A stretch of 52,700 nucleotides of DNA, taken from Armatimonadota bacterium. Lineage in GTDB: Bacteria > Sysuimicrobiota > Sysuimicrobiia > Sysuimicrobiales > Kaftiobacteriaceae. Made by a program: the position numbers and the translations under genes. The DNA lies in the NCBI GenBank assembly GCA_020028455.1, contig JAHZOA010000004.1, forward strand, positions 1 to 52,700. The letters are read 5' to 3'. The notes beneath the pieces were generated by a model. It worked only from the letters and a program-made list of their open reading frames with translations. It was not told the DNA's origin and ran no database searches. This document shows positions 24,632 through 33,253 of this stretch, piece by piece (position 1 is the first letter of the stretch; each line of letters starts with the position of its first letter).

Positions 24632-26407
24632 ATGACGCCCGAGATCACGACCCTGCTCCTCATTCTGGGTGGCGCACTTATTCTGTTTATCACCGATTGG
24701 GTGTCCGCGGACGTGGTCGGCCTCAGTGTGCTCGTGCTCCTAATCCTTACGAATCTGCTTCCTGCGAAGGACGCGTTTGCGGGCTTCGGCAGTGATACGG
24801 TTCTGATGATCCTCGGCCTGTTTATCCTCACCGCCGCTCTCCTCCGTACTGGGGTGGTCGACCTCGTCGGCCGCTTCATCGTGCGGCGCGCGGGGGACCG
24901 TCCCGAGCATGTGATTGCGCTCGTGATGCTTGGTGTTGCGGGATTGTCGGCATTCATCAGCAACACGGCGGCGACGGCGTTTTTCCTGCCAGTGGCGATT
25001 GGCGCGGCGCTGCGGACCAAGATCAGCCCTTCACAAATCCTGATGCCGCTGGCGTTTGCCTCGATTCTCACCAGCTCGGTTACACTTGTCAGTACGTCGA
25101 CCAACATCGTTGTGAGCGGCGTGATCGCCAACTATCAGCTACCGCCGATTGGAATGTTTGAACTGGCGCCTGTGGGGATTCCGATTTCGATCATCGGCCT
25201 GGCATACATGTGGGTCTTTGGACGTCGCCTCATCCCGACCCGCGTCGCAGCATCCGACCTGGCTGAGGAGTTTGGACTCGGGTCGTACCTCAGCGAGGTC
25301 CTGATTCTGCCCAACTCTAAACTCGTCGGTAAGACACTTGCGGAGTCAGCGCTTGGGCGAGACCTTGATCTGACCGTGATGCAGATCGTCCGCGACAAGG
25401 CGCGCACCTTAACTCCCCGCGCCTCCACCAAGCTCGAGAGCGGCGACGTGCTGCTGGTTGAAGGACGCCGCGACGAGATCCTCAAGATCAAAGACATTGC
25501 TGGCATCGAGATCAAAGCTGATGTGACGCTTTCGTTTCCTGAACTGCAGTCCGAGGACACCCGGCTTGCCGAAGTCGTTCTGCTGCCGCGATCCCGGTTA
25601 ATCGGTCGCACACTCAAGGGTGTGGGGTTTCGCGAACGGTACGGGCTGCAGGTTCTGGCGGTCAATCGTGCCGGTGCGTCCATCCGCACGAAAATCAGCG
25701 AGGTTCGGCTGCGGATGGGGGATGTGTTGCTGGTGCAAGGTCACCGAGAGAACCTGGCGGCCCTCGACAAGGATGGGACGTTCCGAGTGTTAGGAGCGCT
25801 GCAAAGTGAGCGTCCGAAGGTGCGTCGCGCGCCTGTGGCGATACTGATCTTCGTCGGCGCGCTTGGAGCAGCCACGGTGGGTGTGGTCTCTTTGCCCGTG
25901 GCCGTGCTGATCGGTGCAGTCCTCGTGTTCCTCACGCGCTGCCTTACGCCAGAAGAGGCTTACCGTGAGGTGGAATGGAAGGCACTCGTGCTTATCGGGA
26001 GCATGCTCGCGCTCGGCGTGGCCATGGAACGCACCGGCACGGCAAAGTTTCTGGCGGCGCGCATCGTCGACTTCGCGGGCGACGCCCGTCCCCTCTGGTT
26101 GCTGTCAGGCTTCTTCGGACTGACGGTCTTGCTCACCCAGCCCATGTCCAACCAGGCGGCTGCGGTCGTCGTCGTTCCGATCGCTGTTCAGATGGCCATG
26201 CAGTTGGAGTTGAATCCAAGAACGTTCGCCATGATGATTGCCATCGCGGCGAGCACGTCGTACCTGACCCCATTGGAGCCGTCTTGCTTGATGGTCTATG
26301 GACCAGGGCGATACCGGTTCATGGATTTCTTGAAAGTTGGGGCGTTGCTGACCGTCCTGATCTACGGTGTCTCGATACTCCTCGTGCCGAGAGTCTGGCC
26401 ATTGTAA
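24632..26407 (+). CDS. SLC13/DASS-family permease with two central TrkA-C (RCK_C) domains
   Basis: Two polytopic membrane halves flank two repeats of the LxExxLxxxSxLxGKTLxE...GDxLLVxG type. Confidence 0.85.
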   Translation: MTPEITTLLLILGGALILFITDWVSADVVGLSVLVLLILTNLLPAKDAFAGFGSDTVLMILGLFILTAALLRTGVVDLVGRFIVRRAGDRPEHVIALVMLGVAGLSAFISNTAATAFFLPVAIGAALRTKISPSQILMPLAFASILTSSVTLVSTSTNIVVSGVIANYQLPPIGMFELAPVGIPISIIGLAYMWVFGRRLIPTRVAASDLAEEFGLGSYLSEVLILPNSKLVGKTLAESALGRDLDLTVMQIVRDKARTLTPRASTKLESGDVLLVEGRRDEILKIKDIAGIEIKADVTLSFPELQSEDTRLAEVVLLPRSRLIGRTLKGVGFRERYGLQVLAVNRAGASIRTKISEVRLRMGDVLLVQGHRENLAALDKDGTFRVLGALQSERPKVRRAPVAILIFVGALGAATVGVVSLPVAVLIGAVLVFLTRCLTPEEAYREVEWKALVLIGSMLALGVAMERTGTAKFLAARIVDFAGDARPLWLLSGFFGLTVLLTQPMSNQAAAVVVVPIAVQMAMQLELNPRTFAMMIAIAASTSYLTPLEPSCLMVYGPGRYRFMDFLKVGALLTVLIYGVSILLVPRVWPL

Positions 26408-26494
26408 GGATCCTTTCCTCTTCCCTCTGCCGGAGGAAAAGCGGAGAAATCGGGCAAATGACGGTATGAGATCATCAAATCCAATTCGAGAAGG

Positions 26495-26902
26495 GTGATG
26501 CCTGTGGAGCAACAGTCCCAAGCGCCGGACGCCTCGTCCGTGGAGCGAATCGAGCTCACCGTTCCCGGCCGGCCGGAGTACGTCGTCGTCGTCAGGCTGG
26601 CTGCCGCGGCGGTCGCCGGTCGCATGCCCTTTTCTTTCGATGACATTGAAGATCTGAAAGTTGCCGTCGGCGAAGTGGCCACCGCCGCCATCCTCTCCGG
26701 CGCGCCGAAGATTTCCGTATGGTTCGACGTCGGCGCGCAGCGCCTGGAGATCCGGGTCGTACACCGTCCCACCCGCACGGATCGCCCCACACAGGAGCGC
26801 GAGCTCGACAAGCTCCTCGTTCAGGTGCTCATGGATGAGGTCCGCACCGACCAGGATGGGGCCGATCACGTCACCCACATGGTCAAAAACATCCCAGGGT
26901 AG
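26495..26902 (+). CDS. RsbW/SpoIIAB-like anti-sigma factor with degenerate ATPase motifs
   Basis: 135 aa with the HATPase_c_2-like layout, immediately upstream of the sigma gene. The N-box reads GEVATAAI (no Asn) and no DxGxG box is visible. Confidence 0.6.
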   Translation: MMPVEQQSQAPDASSVERIELTVPGRPEYVVVVRLAAAAVAGRMPFSFDDIEDLKVAVGEVATAAILSGAPKISVWFDVGAQRLEIRVVHRPTRTDRPTQERELDKLLVQVLMDEVRTDQDGADHVTHMVKNIPG

Positions 26903-26914
26903 GTTAGGTTACCT

Positions 26915-27679
26915 GTGCCGAGGCAGCAGCGTAAGCAGGCAGATCGAGAGGCGATCCGCGTCCTCTTCCAGGAGCACTGGAAGACGAAGGACCGCGCGAT
27001 CCGCGAGCAGCTCGTGCTGGCCCACGGCAGCTTGGCGAGCTATCTCGCCCGGAAGTTCAGCAACCGTGGTGAACCGCTCGACGATCTCGGCCAGGTCGCC
27101 CAAATCGGATTGCTGAAGGCGATTGGCCGCTACGATCCGACTCGAGGCATTGAGTTTACGACGTACGCGACCGTGACGATTGTCGGCGAGATCAAACGGC
27201 ACTTCCGTGACAAGTACTGGTCGGTCCGTGTCCCAAGGCGCCTCCGAGAGCTGAACAACGCTCTGATGAAGACGGTCGAAGTGATGGCCCAGCGTCTGGG
27301 ACGTTCGCCTACACTCCCCGAGATCGCGGCAGAGACCGGGGTGCCGTTTGAAGAAGTTGTCGAGGCGTTCGAACTAGGGCGCGCGTATAACCCCGCGTCC
27401 CTGGACGCCGAGGTGGCGGAGGGCGATGATGAGCATCCGTCGTCGCTCATGGATTATCTGGGAGAAGTTGATCCCGCGCTCAGCCGGTTAGAAGATCGCC
27501 ACACGGTGCAAGGCGCGCTGGCCTCGCTGCCCGACCGGCATCGTGAGGTCCTAAAGATGCGCTATTACGATGGACTTTCTCAGGCCGAGATCGCGCGGCG
27601 CCTGGGAATCTCGCAGATGCACGTCTCGCGCATACAGCGGGATGCTTTGAAGAAGTTGAGGGCGATGATCGAGGCTTAG
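26915..27679 (+). CDS. Group-3 sigma factor (SigB/SigF type)
   Basis: Region 2 (GEPLDDLGQVAQIGLLKAIGRYDP, FTTYATVTIVGEIKRHFRD), region 3, and region 4 (YYDGLSQAEIARRLGISQMHVSRI). Confidence 0.9.
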   Translation: MPRQQRKQADREAIRVLFQEHWKTKDRAIREQLVLAHGSLASYLARKFSNRGEPLDDLGQVAQIGLLKAIGRYDPTRGIEFTTYATVTIVGEIKRHFRDKYWSVRVPRRLRELNNALMKTVEVMAQRLGRSPTLPEIAAETGVPFEEVVEAFELGRAYNPASLDAEVAEGDDEHPSSLMDYLGEVDPALSRLEDRHTVQGALASLPDRHREVLKMRYYDGLSQAEIARRLGISQMHVSRIQRDALKKLRAMIEA

Positions 27680-27688
27680 CCTTACGGC

Positions 27689-30151
27689 TTACTGCCTAGT
27701 GCTTTCTGCCTTCGCCGTTTCTTTCTCAGTGAGTGTCCACCGCAATTCGACCTTCGTTCCCGCAGGTCCGGCCACGGTCTCCACGCTGTCCGCAAAGCCT
27801 TCCATAAGCCGGCGGCCTCGTCCGCGGCCACGCTCCTGCACGGGGCGCCATTCCCCGGTGTCACGTAAGGACACGGTAAGCGTGCTGTCGCGCACTCTCG
27901 CGTCTACTGCCACCTCGCCGGTCTCGCCCCGGTAGGCGTGCTCGACGATATTGAGCGCAGCCTCCCCGACGGCGGCGACGATCTCCTCGACTCGGCGGGG
28001 CGGAAATCCCACCCGTTCAGCGTAGATTCGCACCGCATGGCGGACGCGGCGTAAGTTTTCTGGAGCGGCCCGGAGCGCAAAAGATAAGGGCGCGGAGGAG
28101 GGCAAGACGTCGAGCATCAGGAGGGCGATGTCGTCTTCTTGCCGGTCGCCTCGCAACACATCCGTGACTAACGTGCGTGCTGCACGGTCGCCAGGCTGCC
28201 CGAGCGTGGCGGCGATGGCGTCTCTCAGCCGCCGTTCACCTTCGATCGGGTCCCGGGTCACTTCAATGAGCCCATCTGTGTACGCGATGAGCCGCTCTCC
28301 GGAAGCGAGTTGCGCGCGGTCATCTTGATACGTAACGGAAGAAGAGAATCCGATCGGCGGCGATTGGCTGGTCAGTTCGCGAATGCCATCGGTTCCCTGC
28401 ACGAGCACCGGTGGGTGTCCCGCCCCTCCATAGATCAGTTCGCCCGTGGTCGGGTCGAGCGTCGCGAGCCACATCGAGAGGTTCGTGGGTTCAGGCAGCT
28501 GCAGGAGGTAATGATTGACCGCCGCCATCACATCCGCAGGGCGGCGGCCCTCGATCGCCAGCGCCCGAACCAGATAGCGGACCTGAGCCATGGCCGCGGC
28601 TGCAGCGATCCCGTGTCCGGCCACGTCGCCTATGCTGATTAACAACCGATCGTCGGGCAACAGCAACGCGTCGTACCAATCACCTCCGACGCGGGCTTCC
28701 GGATCCGCTGCCTGGTAGAGCGCCGTGATTGCCACGAAGGGGACCCGGGGCAATTCCGCAGGAAGAAGCGCACGTTGCAGCGTGACGGACAATTCACGGG
28801 CTTTGCGCTTCGTCTGTTCGAACAACTCCAAGCGCGATACCGTCAGCCCGAGTTGGTCTGCGATCGGTTGTGAGAGCTGCGCGTGCTCGGCGGTGTAGAA
28901 CCCCGGCACATCGTGCCCAAAGTTCAGCGTGCCGATGACGCGTCCACCCACGGTCATCGGCACCACGACGTAGGAGCGGATGCCCGCTTCCGCGAGCAGC
29001 GCATCCTCAGCAAACTGCTGGGACTGAACGGTGTCATCACGGATGAACGCCTGGCCGAGGTCGATGACCCACCCGCGGGCGGTGTCGGCTTTCGGCCCTT
29101 CTAATCGCTCCGGTGGGGCGGTGAGTCGCGGACCTTTGAAGTACGGCATCGTCAGAGTCTCGGACTCGGGATTGTAGAGGGAGACCGTGACGCGAACGAA
29201 CGGCACGAGGGTGCGCAAGACCTCGCTAAATTCATCGAAGACATGGCTCAGGTCGAGCGCGCCAGCGGCCATGGCGATCAGCCGGTTCGTCGCGTTGACT
29301 CGGCGAAGTGCAGCCTCCGTCTCGTCCCGAGCCTGTCGCTCTGCTGCGAGCAAGTGCGCGTTGTCGATAGCGACAGCGGCACGGGCGGCAAGTTCTTCTG
29401 CTAATGCGAGGTCCGCGGCCGAGTATCGCCGGGACGGTCCGCCGATGAAGGAGATTGCCCCCAGGGTGCGGCCGCGCGCAATGAGGGGGACCACGATGTG
29501 TGAGTGGATTCCCAGGGATCGGAGAAGATTGAAGTGCACCTCATCCCGTGCCCGGTCGCGGAGGTCTGCTTCCGTGACTTCCGGAGTGAGTTCGGCCTGA
29601 CCGCTGCGAAGCACGCGCAGGATCACGTGCTGGGGATTTGGAGTCGGCGGGTAGCGGAGGCGCAACTCGCGCACCAGGGATTCTTTGCTGGGATCGCTGT
29701 GCGCGATGCCGACCTGCCGGATTGCGCCCTGATCGTCGAGCAGGTCGACGATACACCAGTCGGCGATCGTCGGGACTGCTAGCCGCGCGATGCTCGCCAG
29801 CGTCGCCTCATACTCGAGCGATGCGGCGAGAATGCGGCTGGCTTCGGCCAACAGGGCCAATCGTCTGACGGCCTCTTCTTCCTTCGCTAACGCGCGGTCC
29901 AGCATTTCGGTCAGGGCGACCGCGCGACGATGCCCCGCTTCGGCTTTCCGCGCGCGCTCCGTCACCATGCGAAGCTTTCGCTCGGTCCGCGAAGCCGTCT
30001 TCGATGCGCGGCGCCGCGCCAGAGTGGTTCGACTGGGCACGTTTCGCTTGCGTTCAGTCATTGACGGAGTAGAGGGCGGGCCTAGATGAACAGAATCGGT
30101 CGCGGAGGTGTCAGGCTTTGGGCGAGCCTTTCGCCCAACTCCTGGCGGCAT
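27689..30151 (-). CDS. Multidomain partner-switching protein: coiled-coil N-terminus, 2x GAF, PP2C (SpoIIE/RsbU) phosphatase, C-terminal RsbW-like kinase domain
   Basis: PP2C motifs (GGDWYD, IGDVAGHG, YTDGLIE). The C-terminal domain has an intact N-box (EAALNIVEHAY) and G boxes (RDTGEW, GRGRG). An alternative start at 30061 is possible. Confidence 0.85.
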   Translation of the reverse strand: MPPGVGRKARPKPDTSATDSVHLGPPSTPSMTERKRNVPSRTTLARRRASKTASRTERKLRMVTERARKAEAGHRRAVALTEMLDRALAKEEEAVRRLALLAEASRILAASLEYEATLASIARLAVPTIADWCIVDLLDDQGAIRQVGIAHSDPSKESLVRELRLRYPPTPNPQHVILRVLRSGQAELTPEVTEADLRDRARDEVHFNLLRSLGIHSHIVVPLIARGRTLGAISFIGGPSRRYSAADLALAEELAARAAVAIDNAHLLAAERQARDETEAALRRVNATNRLIAMAAGALDLSHVFDEFSEVLRTLVPFVRVTVSLYNPESETLTMPYFKGPRLTAPPERLEGPKADTARGWVIDLGQAFIRDDTVQSQQFAEDALLAEAGIRSYVVVPMTVGGRVIGTLNFGHDVPGFYTAEHAQLSQPIADQLGLTVSRLELFEQTKRKARELSVTLQRALLPAELPRVPFVAITALYQAADPEARVGGDWYDALLLPDDRLLISIGDVAGHGIAAAAAMAQVRYLVRALAIEGRRPADVMAAVNHYLLQLPEPTNLSMWLATLDPTTGELIYGGAGHPPVLVQGTDGIRELTSQSPPIGFSSSVTYQDDRAQLASGERLIAYTDGLIEVTRDPIEGERRLRDAIAATLGQPGDRAARTLVTDVLRGDRQEDDIALLMLDVLPSSAPLSFALRAAPENLRRVRHAVRIYAERVGFPPRRVEEIVAAVGEAALNIVEHAYRGETGEVAVDARVRDSTLTVSLRDTGEWRPVQERGRGRGRRLMEGFADSVETVAGPAGTKVELRWTLTEKETAKAESTRQ

Positions 30152-30545
30152 TCACCGCGTCGCCCTCGGCGTGGAACACGGGAAACACGTCGTGAAGGCC
30201 CGTAATGGAGAATATCTTCTCGATCTGAGGCTGATTGTAGACAACTGCAAGGTCGCCTCCGTTCTCGCGCGCCTGCTTGAGGGCTGCGGTGAGGACCGAG
30301 AGCGCCGTGCTGTCCAGATAGGTCGTTTTCAGGAGGTTCACGACAAGCCTGGCATGGCCTTCACTGATGAGATCCTGAATCGCAGTCTTGAGTTTCGGAG
30401 ACGTGTAGATATCGAGCTCGCCCGCGACGTCGAGGACCGCCACACCGTTCACAATGCGCCGTTGCAGCTGGACTTCCACTCTGGCCTCCTCTAAAGAGGG
30501 CAATGACAATTCGTCCGACCGGCAAGTAACAGTGGTATTTACCAC
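30111..30545 (-). CDS. STAS-domain anti-sigma-factor antagonist (RsbV/SpoIIAA type)
   Basis: LDVAGELDIYTSPKL...YLDSTALSVL carries the conserved phosphorylatable DS motif. Confidence 0.8.
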   Translation of the reverse strand: MVNTTVTCRSDELSLPSLEEARVEVQLQRRIVNGVAVLDVAGELDIYTSPKLKTAIQDLISEGHARLVVNLLKTTYLDSTALSVLTAALKQARENGGDLAVVYNQPQIEKIFSITGLHDVFPVFHAEGDAVNAARSWAKGSPKA

Positions 30546-30641
30546 GGCGCTGCGGCGCTTCCTTCCCGTTTGCGCTGAACGGTTTGAGTCCGACCCCCGA
30601 GGGAAAATAGTGGCAAACAGTTAGGGAAGGAGGACTTTGGG

Positions 30642-30929
30642 ATGAGAAAGCACGGCGCACAGATTATGCTGATCCTCTTACTGATGCTCGTCGGCGGGAC
30701 AGGGCTGGCGTTTGCCCAGGAGCAGCCGCCGGCCGCTCCGGGCCCACCTGGACCGCCTGGACCTCCCGGGGCGCCCGGTGCACCTGGCATGCCTGGCCAG
30801 ACCACAACGGTCTTCGGTCTGGACCCCACAACGGCGATTATCATTGGTGTCGTTCTTGTACTGGTGGTGATCGTCGCGATCGTCGCGGTATCCCGCGGGG
30901 GCGGCAGCCAGACGCAGCGATCGACATAA
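30642..30929 (+). CDS. Small secreted/membrane-anchored protein with a short collagen-like GXY run
   Basis: Signal peptide (LAFA-QEQ), seven G-X-Y triplets (GPPGPPGPPGAPGAPGMPGQT), C-terminal TM helix. Confidence 0.5.
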   Translation: MRKHGAQIMLILLLMLVGGTGLAFAQEQPPAAPGPPGPPGPPGAPGAPGMPGQTTTVFGLDPTTAIIIGVVLVLVVIVAIVAVSRGGGSQTQRST

Positions 30930-31033
30930 TTCGTGGCCGATAAGGCCAGCGCATCTTGCGAGTCGAACAAGGGAATAAAGGAACACACCAAGGTTCCTGC
31001 GTTCCCTTGTTCAATATGTAGGAATATAAGGGG

Positions 31034-31300
31034 GTGATCGAAGTGAGTTTCCTGGCCTGGATTGTAGTCGGACTTATCGCAGGCTGGCTTGCTAGAATGA
31101 TATCTCCCGGGCCGGAGCGCGGGGGACTGCTGGCCACACTGCTGATCGGCGTCGTCGGGGCGATCGTCGGTGGATGGATTGCCGGTGCCCTGGGGTACGC
31201 AGGGGCCGGCGGCGTGAACTTATACTCAGTGCTCGTGGCCACGCTCGGCGCCGTCGTCTTCTTGTGGATTTGGAAGATGATGTCCCGGCGGACGGCATAG
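31034..31300 (+). CDS. GlsB/YeaQ/YmgE (transglycosylase-associated) family membrane protein
   Basis: WIVVGLIAGWLARMI...GVVGAIVGGWI repeats typical of the family. Confidence 0.85.
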   Translation: MIEVSFLAWIVVGLIAGWLARMISPGPERGGLLATLLIGVVGAIVGGWIAGALGYAGAGGVNLYSVLVATLGAVVFLWIWKMMSRRTA

Positions 31301-31313
31301 ATCGACTTCAGCA

Positions 31314-31349
31314 CATACGGCGGTGGCCCGCATGGGTCACCGCCGTATG
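31314..31349 (+). terminator. Strong hairpin after the GlsB-family gene (no U-tract)
   Basis: Perfect 12-bp stem CATACGGCGGTG / CACCGCCGTATG, extendable by 4 further pairs around a GCAT loop. Confidence 0.45.
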
Positions 31350-31548
31350 ACCAATGCGAACTATCCCGCGGCATCGCAGACCACACTGGGTCTGTGTTGT
31401 TATAGTGAGATGGAAGGCGGCGCCCACCAGTGTTGCGCAGCCGGCGGCGCACAGAGGCCGAGCTGCAGCAAGGCCGGGGGAATTTTGCTTGGTGCCGGGT
31501 TGAGGAAAGAGGCAGGCGTGGAAGCTCCGGCGAGGGCGGAGGCAATCC

Positions 31549-32082
31549 GTGCGGTGGACTCGCGCCGAGGAAGTTGCGGCGCTGCTTGTTTCGTGCGCGG
31601 CAATCCTAGGCAGCGTCGTGTTGTTGGCAGTGCGCCGTCCAGCGCCGCCCGTGGAGGTCATTGCCCAGGCGCTGGCCGCGACCGTTGTCGTGCAAGTAGA
31701 CGGCGAGGTCCTCCGTCCTGGAATCTATCAACTACCCGCCGGCGCTCGAGCCGGCGATGCGATCCGTGCCGCGGGTGGGCCGTCCCCGCTCGCTGACGCT
31801 GCGGCGGTCAATCAGGCGCGGCTGCTCCGTGATGGCGACCGGCTCACACTGCCAGCGCGTTCGGCCTCCGCGGTCGTGGCTGAGGGATCGCGCGTTCTCC
31901 TCAACACAGCGGGCGAGGCAGAGCTCATATCGCTTCCCGGGATCGGTCCGGTGCTCGCCCGAAGGATCATTGCCCACAGGCAGCGGGACGGACCGTATCA
32001 GCGCCTGGAAGATCTCTTGCAGGTCGAAGGCATCGGCCCCAAGCTGCTGGAGCGGCTCAGGCCTCTCGTAACCGTGGAATAG
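31549..32082 (+). CDS. comEA: Competence protein ComEA (SLBB domain plus helix-hairpin-helix DNA-binding domain)
   Basis: TM anchor, VQVDGEVLRPGIYQLPAGARAGDAI (SLBB), LNTAGEAELISLPGIGPVLARRII..VEGIGPKLLERL (2x HhH). Confidence 0.8.
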   Translation: MRWTRAEEVAALLVSCAAILGSVVLLAVRRPAPPVEVIAQALAATVVVQVDGEVLRPGIYQLPAGARAGDAIRAAGGPSPLADAAAVNQARLLRDGDRLTLPARSASAVVAEGSRVLLNTAGEAELISLPGIGPVLARRIIAHRQRDGPYQRLEDLLQVEGIGPKLLERLRPLVTVE

Positions 32083-32120
32083 GAACGGAACTATCAGCCC
32101 CGCCCGTCCCGTATGTAAGA

Positions 32121-32741
32121 GTGGCGGACGGGTTGACGTTGGAGAGAGACGTGGCTCGATCCGGCGCGACATCGTTCCCGAGCTACCGGCGTGAGGAACT
32201 CGAGGCGTTCGAGGTCCTCATCCAGCGGTACGGCCGGCGAATCTATAACATCGCATACCGGATGGCGGGAAACGATGCCGATGCGAAGGACCTCACCCAG
32301 GAGGCCTTCATCCGGATCTTCCGCGCGTTCCGGCGGATCAATCCTGACGCCAGTCTGGAAAGCTGGCTGTACCGGATCGTGTCCAACCTCTATATAGATA
32401 TGCTGCGGCGGCGGCCGAAGGTGCGGATCGAGTCCCTCGACGCACCGGTGATGACGCCCAAAGGCGGAGAGATACAGCGCGAAGTTCCGGACGAGCGCGC
32501 AGATCCAGCGGTGGAGGTACTCAACACCCAACTGGACGCGGGTGTGCAGCGGGCGCTGCTTGCCCTCAGTCCTGACCTACGCGCCGTCGTGGTACTGAGC
32601 GACATCGAAGGCTACTCGTACGAAGAAATCGGGATGATTTTGCGCGTCCCGGTGGGAACCGTCAAGTCAAGATTGCACCGCGCACGACGAACGCTGCAAG
32701 ATCGCTTGCAGCATCTCAGACCACAAGGGAGTGAAGGATAA
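32121..32741 (+). CDS. ECF (group 4) sigma factor
   Basis: Region 2 (DAKDLTQEAFIRIF, WLYRIVSNLYIDMLRR) and region 4 (DIEGYSYEEIGMILRVPVGTVKSRLHRAR). Confidence 0.9.
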   Translation: MADGLTLERDVARSGATSFPSYRREELEAFEVLIQRYGRRIYNIAYRMAGNDADAKDLTQEAFIRIFRAFRRINPDASLESWLYRIVSNLYIDMLRRRPKVRIESLDAPVMTPKGGEIQREVPDERADPAVEVLNTQLDAGVQRALLALSPDLRAVVVLSDIEGYSYEEIGMILRVPVGTVKSRLHRARRTLQDRLQHLRPQGSEG

Positions 32742-33253
32742 TGGGTCACGCGCGTCTGGAGCGGCAGCTCTCGGCGTACATCGACAATGAATTGACGGCA
32801 GATGACACGCAGCAGGTGCGCGCGCATCTGGAAACGTGCGTTGGGTGCCGTGAGGAACTTCAGCGCCTCGAGCACGTCAAACGGCTGCTCGGCTCGCTGC
32901 CCGAGCGCGCACCCGTTCCGCAGGTGTTTGAAGAATTGCGCCAGCAGATCATCTCGCAGGCACCGCGAGAATCGGGGAGTGTACTCGAAGCGATCAGCAA
33001 CGCGTTTCGCCGGCCCGCCCTCGCGTTTGCGGCAGCCGCGATCGTCGTCCTGCTGATCGCGTTTCCGCTGGTCAAAGGCCGCATCGACCGGCTCCGAGCC
33101 GCGGAAGTGGGGCCAGACGTATTCGTGCGGGAGCACGCCCTCTCAGCCGTGGCCGATCCCTTTGCTGACCGCGCGTACGTCGGCCTGCTTGTCACCGATG
33201 CGAACCTCGCGCTCATTGGGGAGCCGCGATCTCGCGGCGGGAGTCTGCGGTGA
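32741..33253 (+). CDS. Zinc-finger (ZAS-type) anti-sigma factor
   Basis: The HLETCVGCREEL H-x3-C-x2-C motif, one TM helix, TAATG overlap with the ECF sigma gene. Confidence 0.7.
   Translation: MGHARLERQLSAYIDNELTADDTQQVRAHLETCVGCREELQRLEHVKRLLGSLPERAPVPQVFEELRQQIISQAPRESGSVLEAISNAFRRPALAFAAAAIVVLLIAFPLVKGRIDRLRAAEVGPDVFVREHALSAVADPFADRAYVGLLVTDANLALIGEPRSRGGSLR

Noticed and set aside
30715-30800. 9-nt periodic repeat in the collagen-like gene
   Set aside because: The periodicity follows from the G-X-Y triplet coding (CCTGGACCG etc.). No inverted arm is present.
31323-31796. 157-aa plus-strand ORF covering the 31300-31549 gap and overlapping comEA out of frame
   Set aside because: The translation is Arg/Gly/Ala-rich with no motif. 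The comEA frame has SLBB and HhH motifs. I treat 31301-31548 as non-coding, with two hairpins (31314-31349 and 31377-31394).
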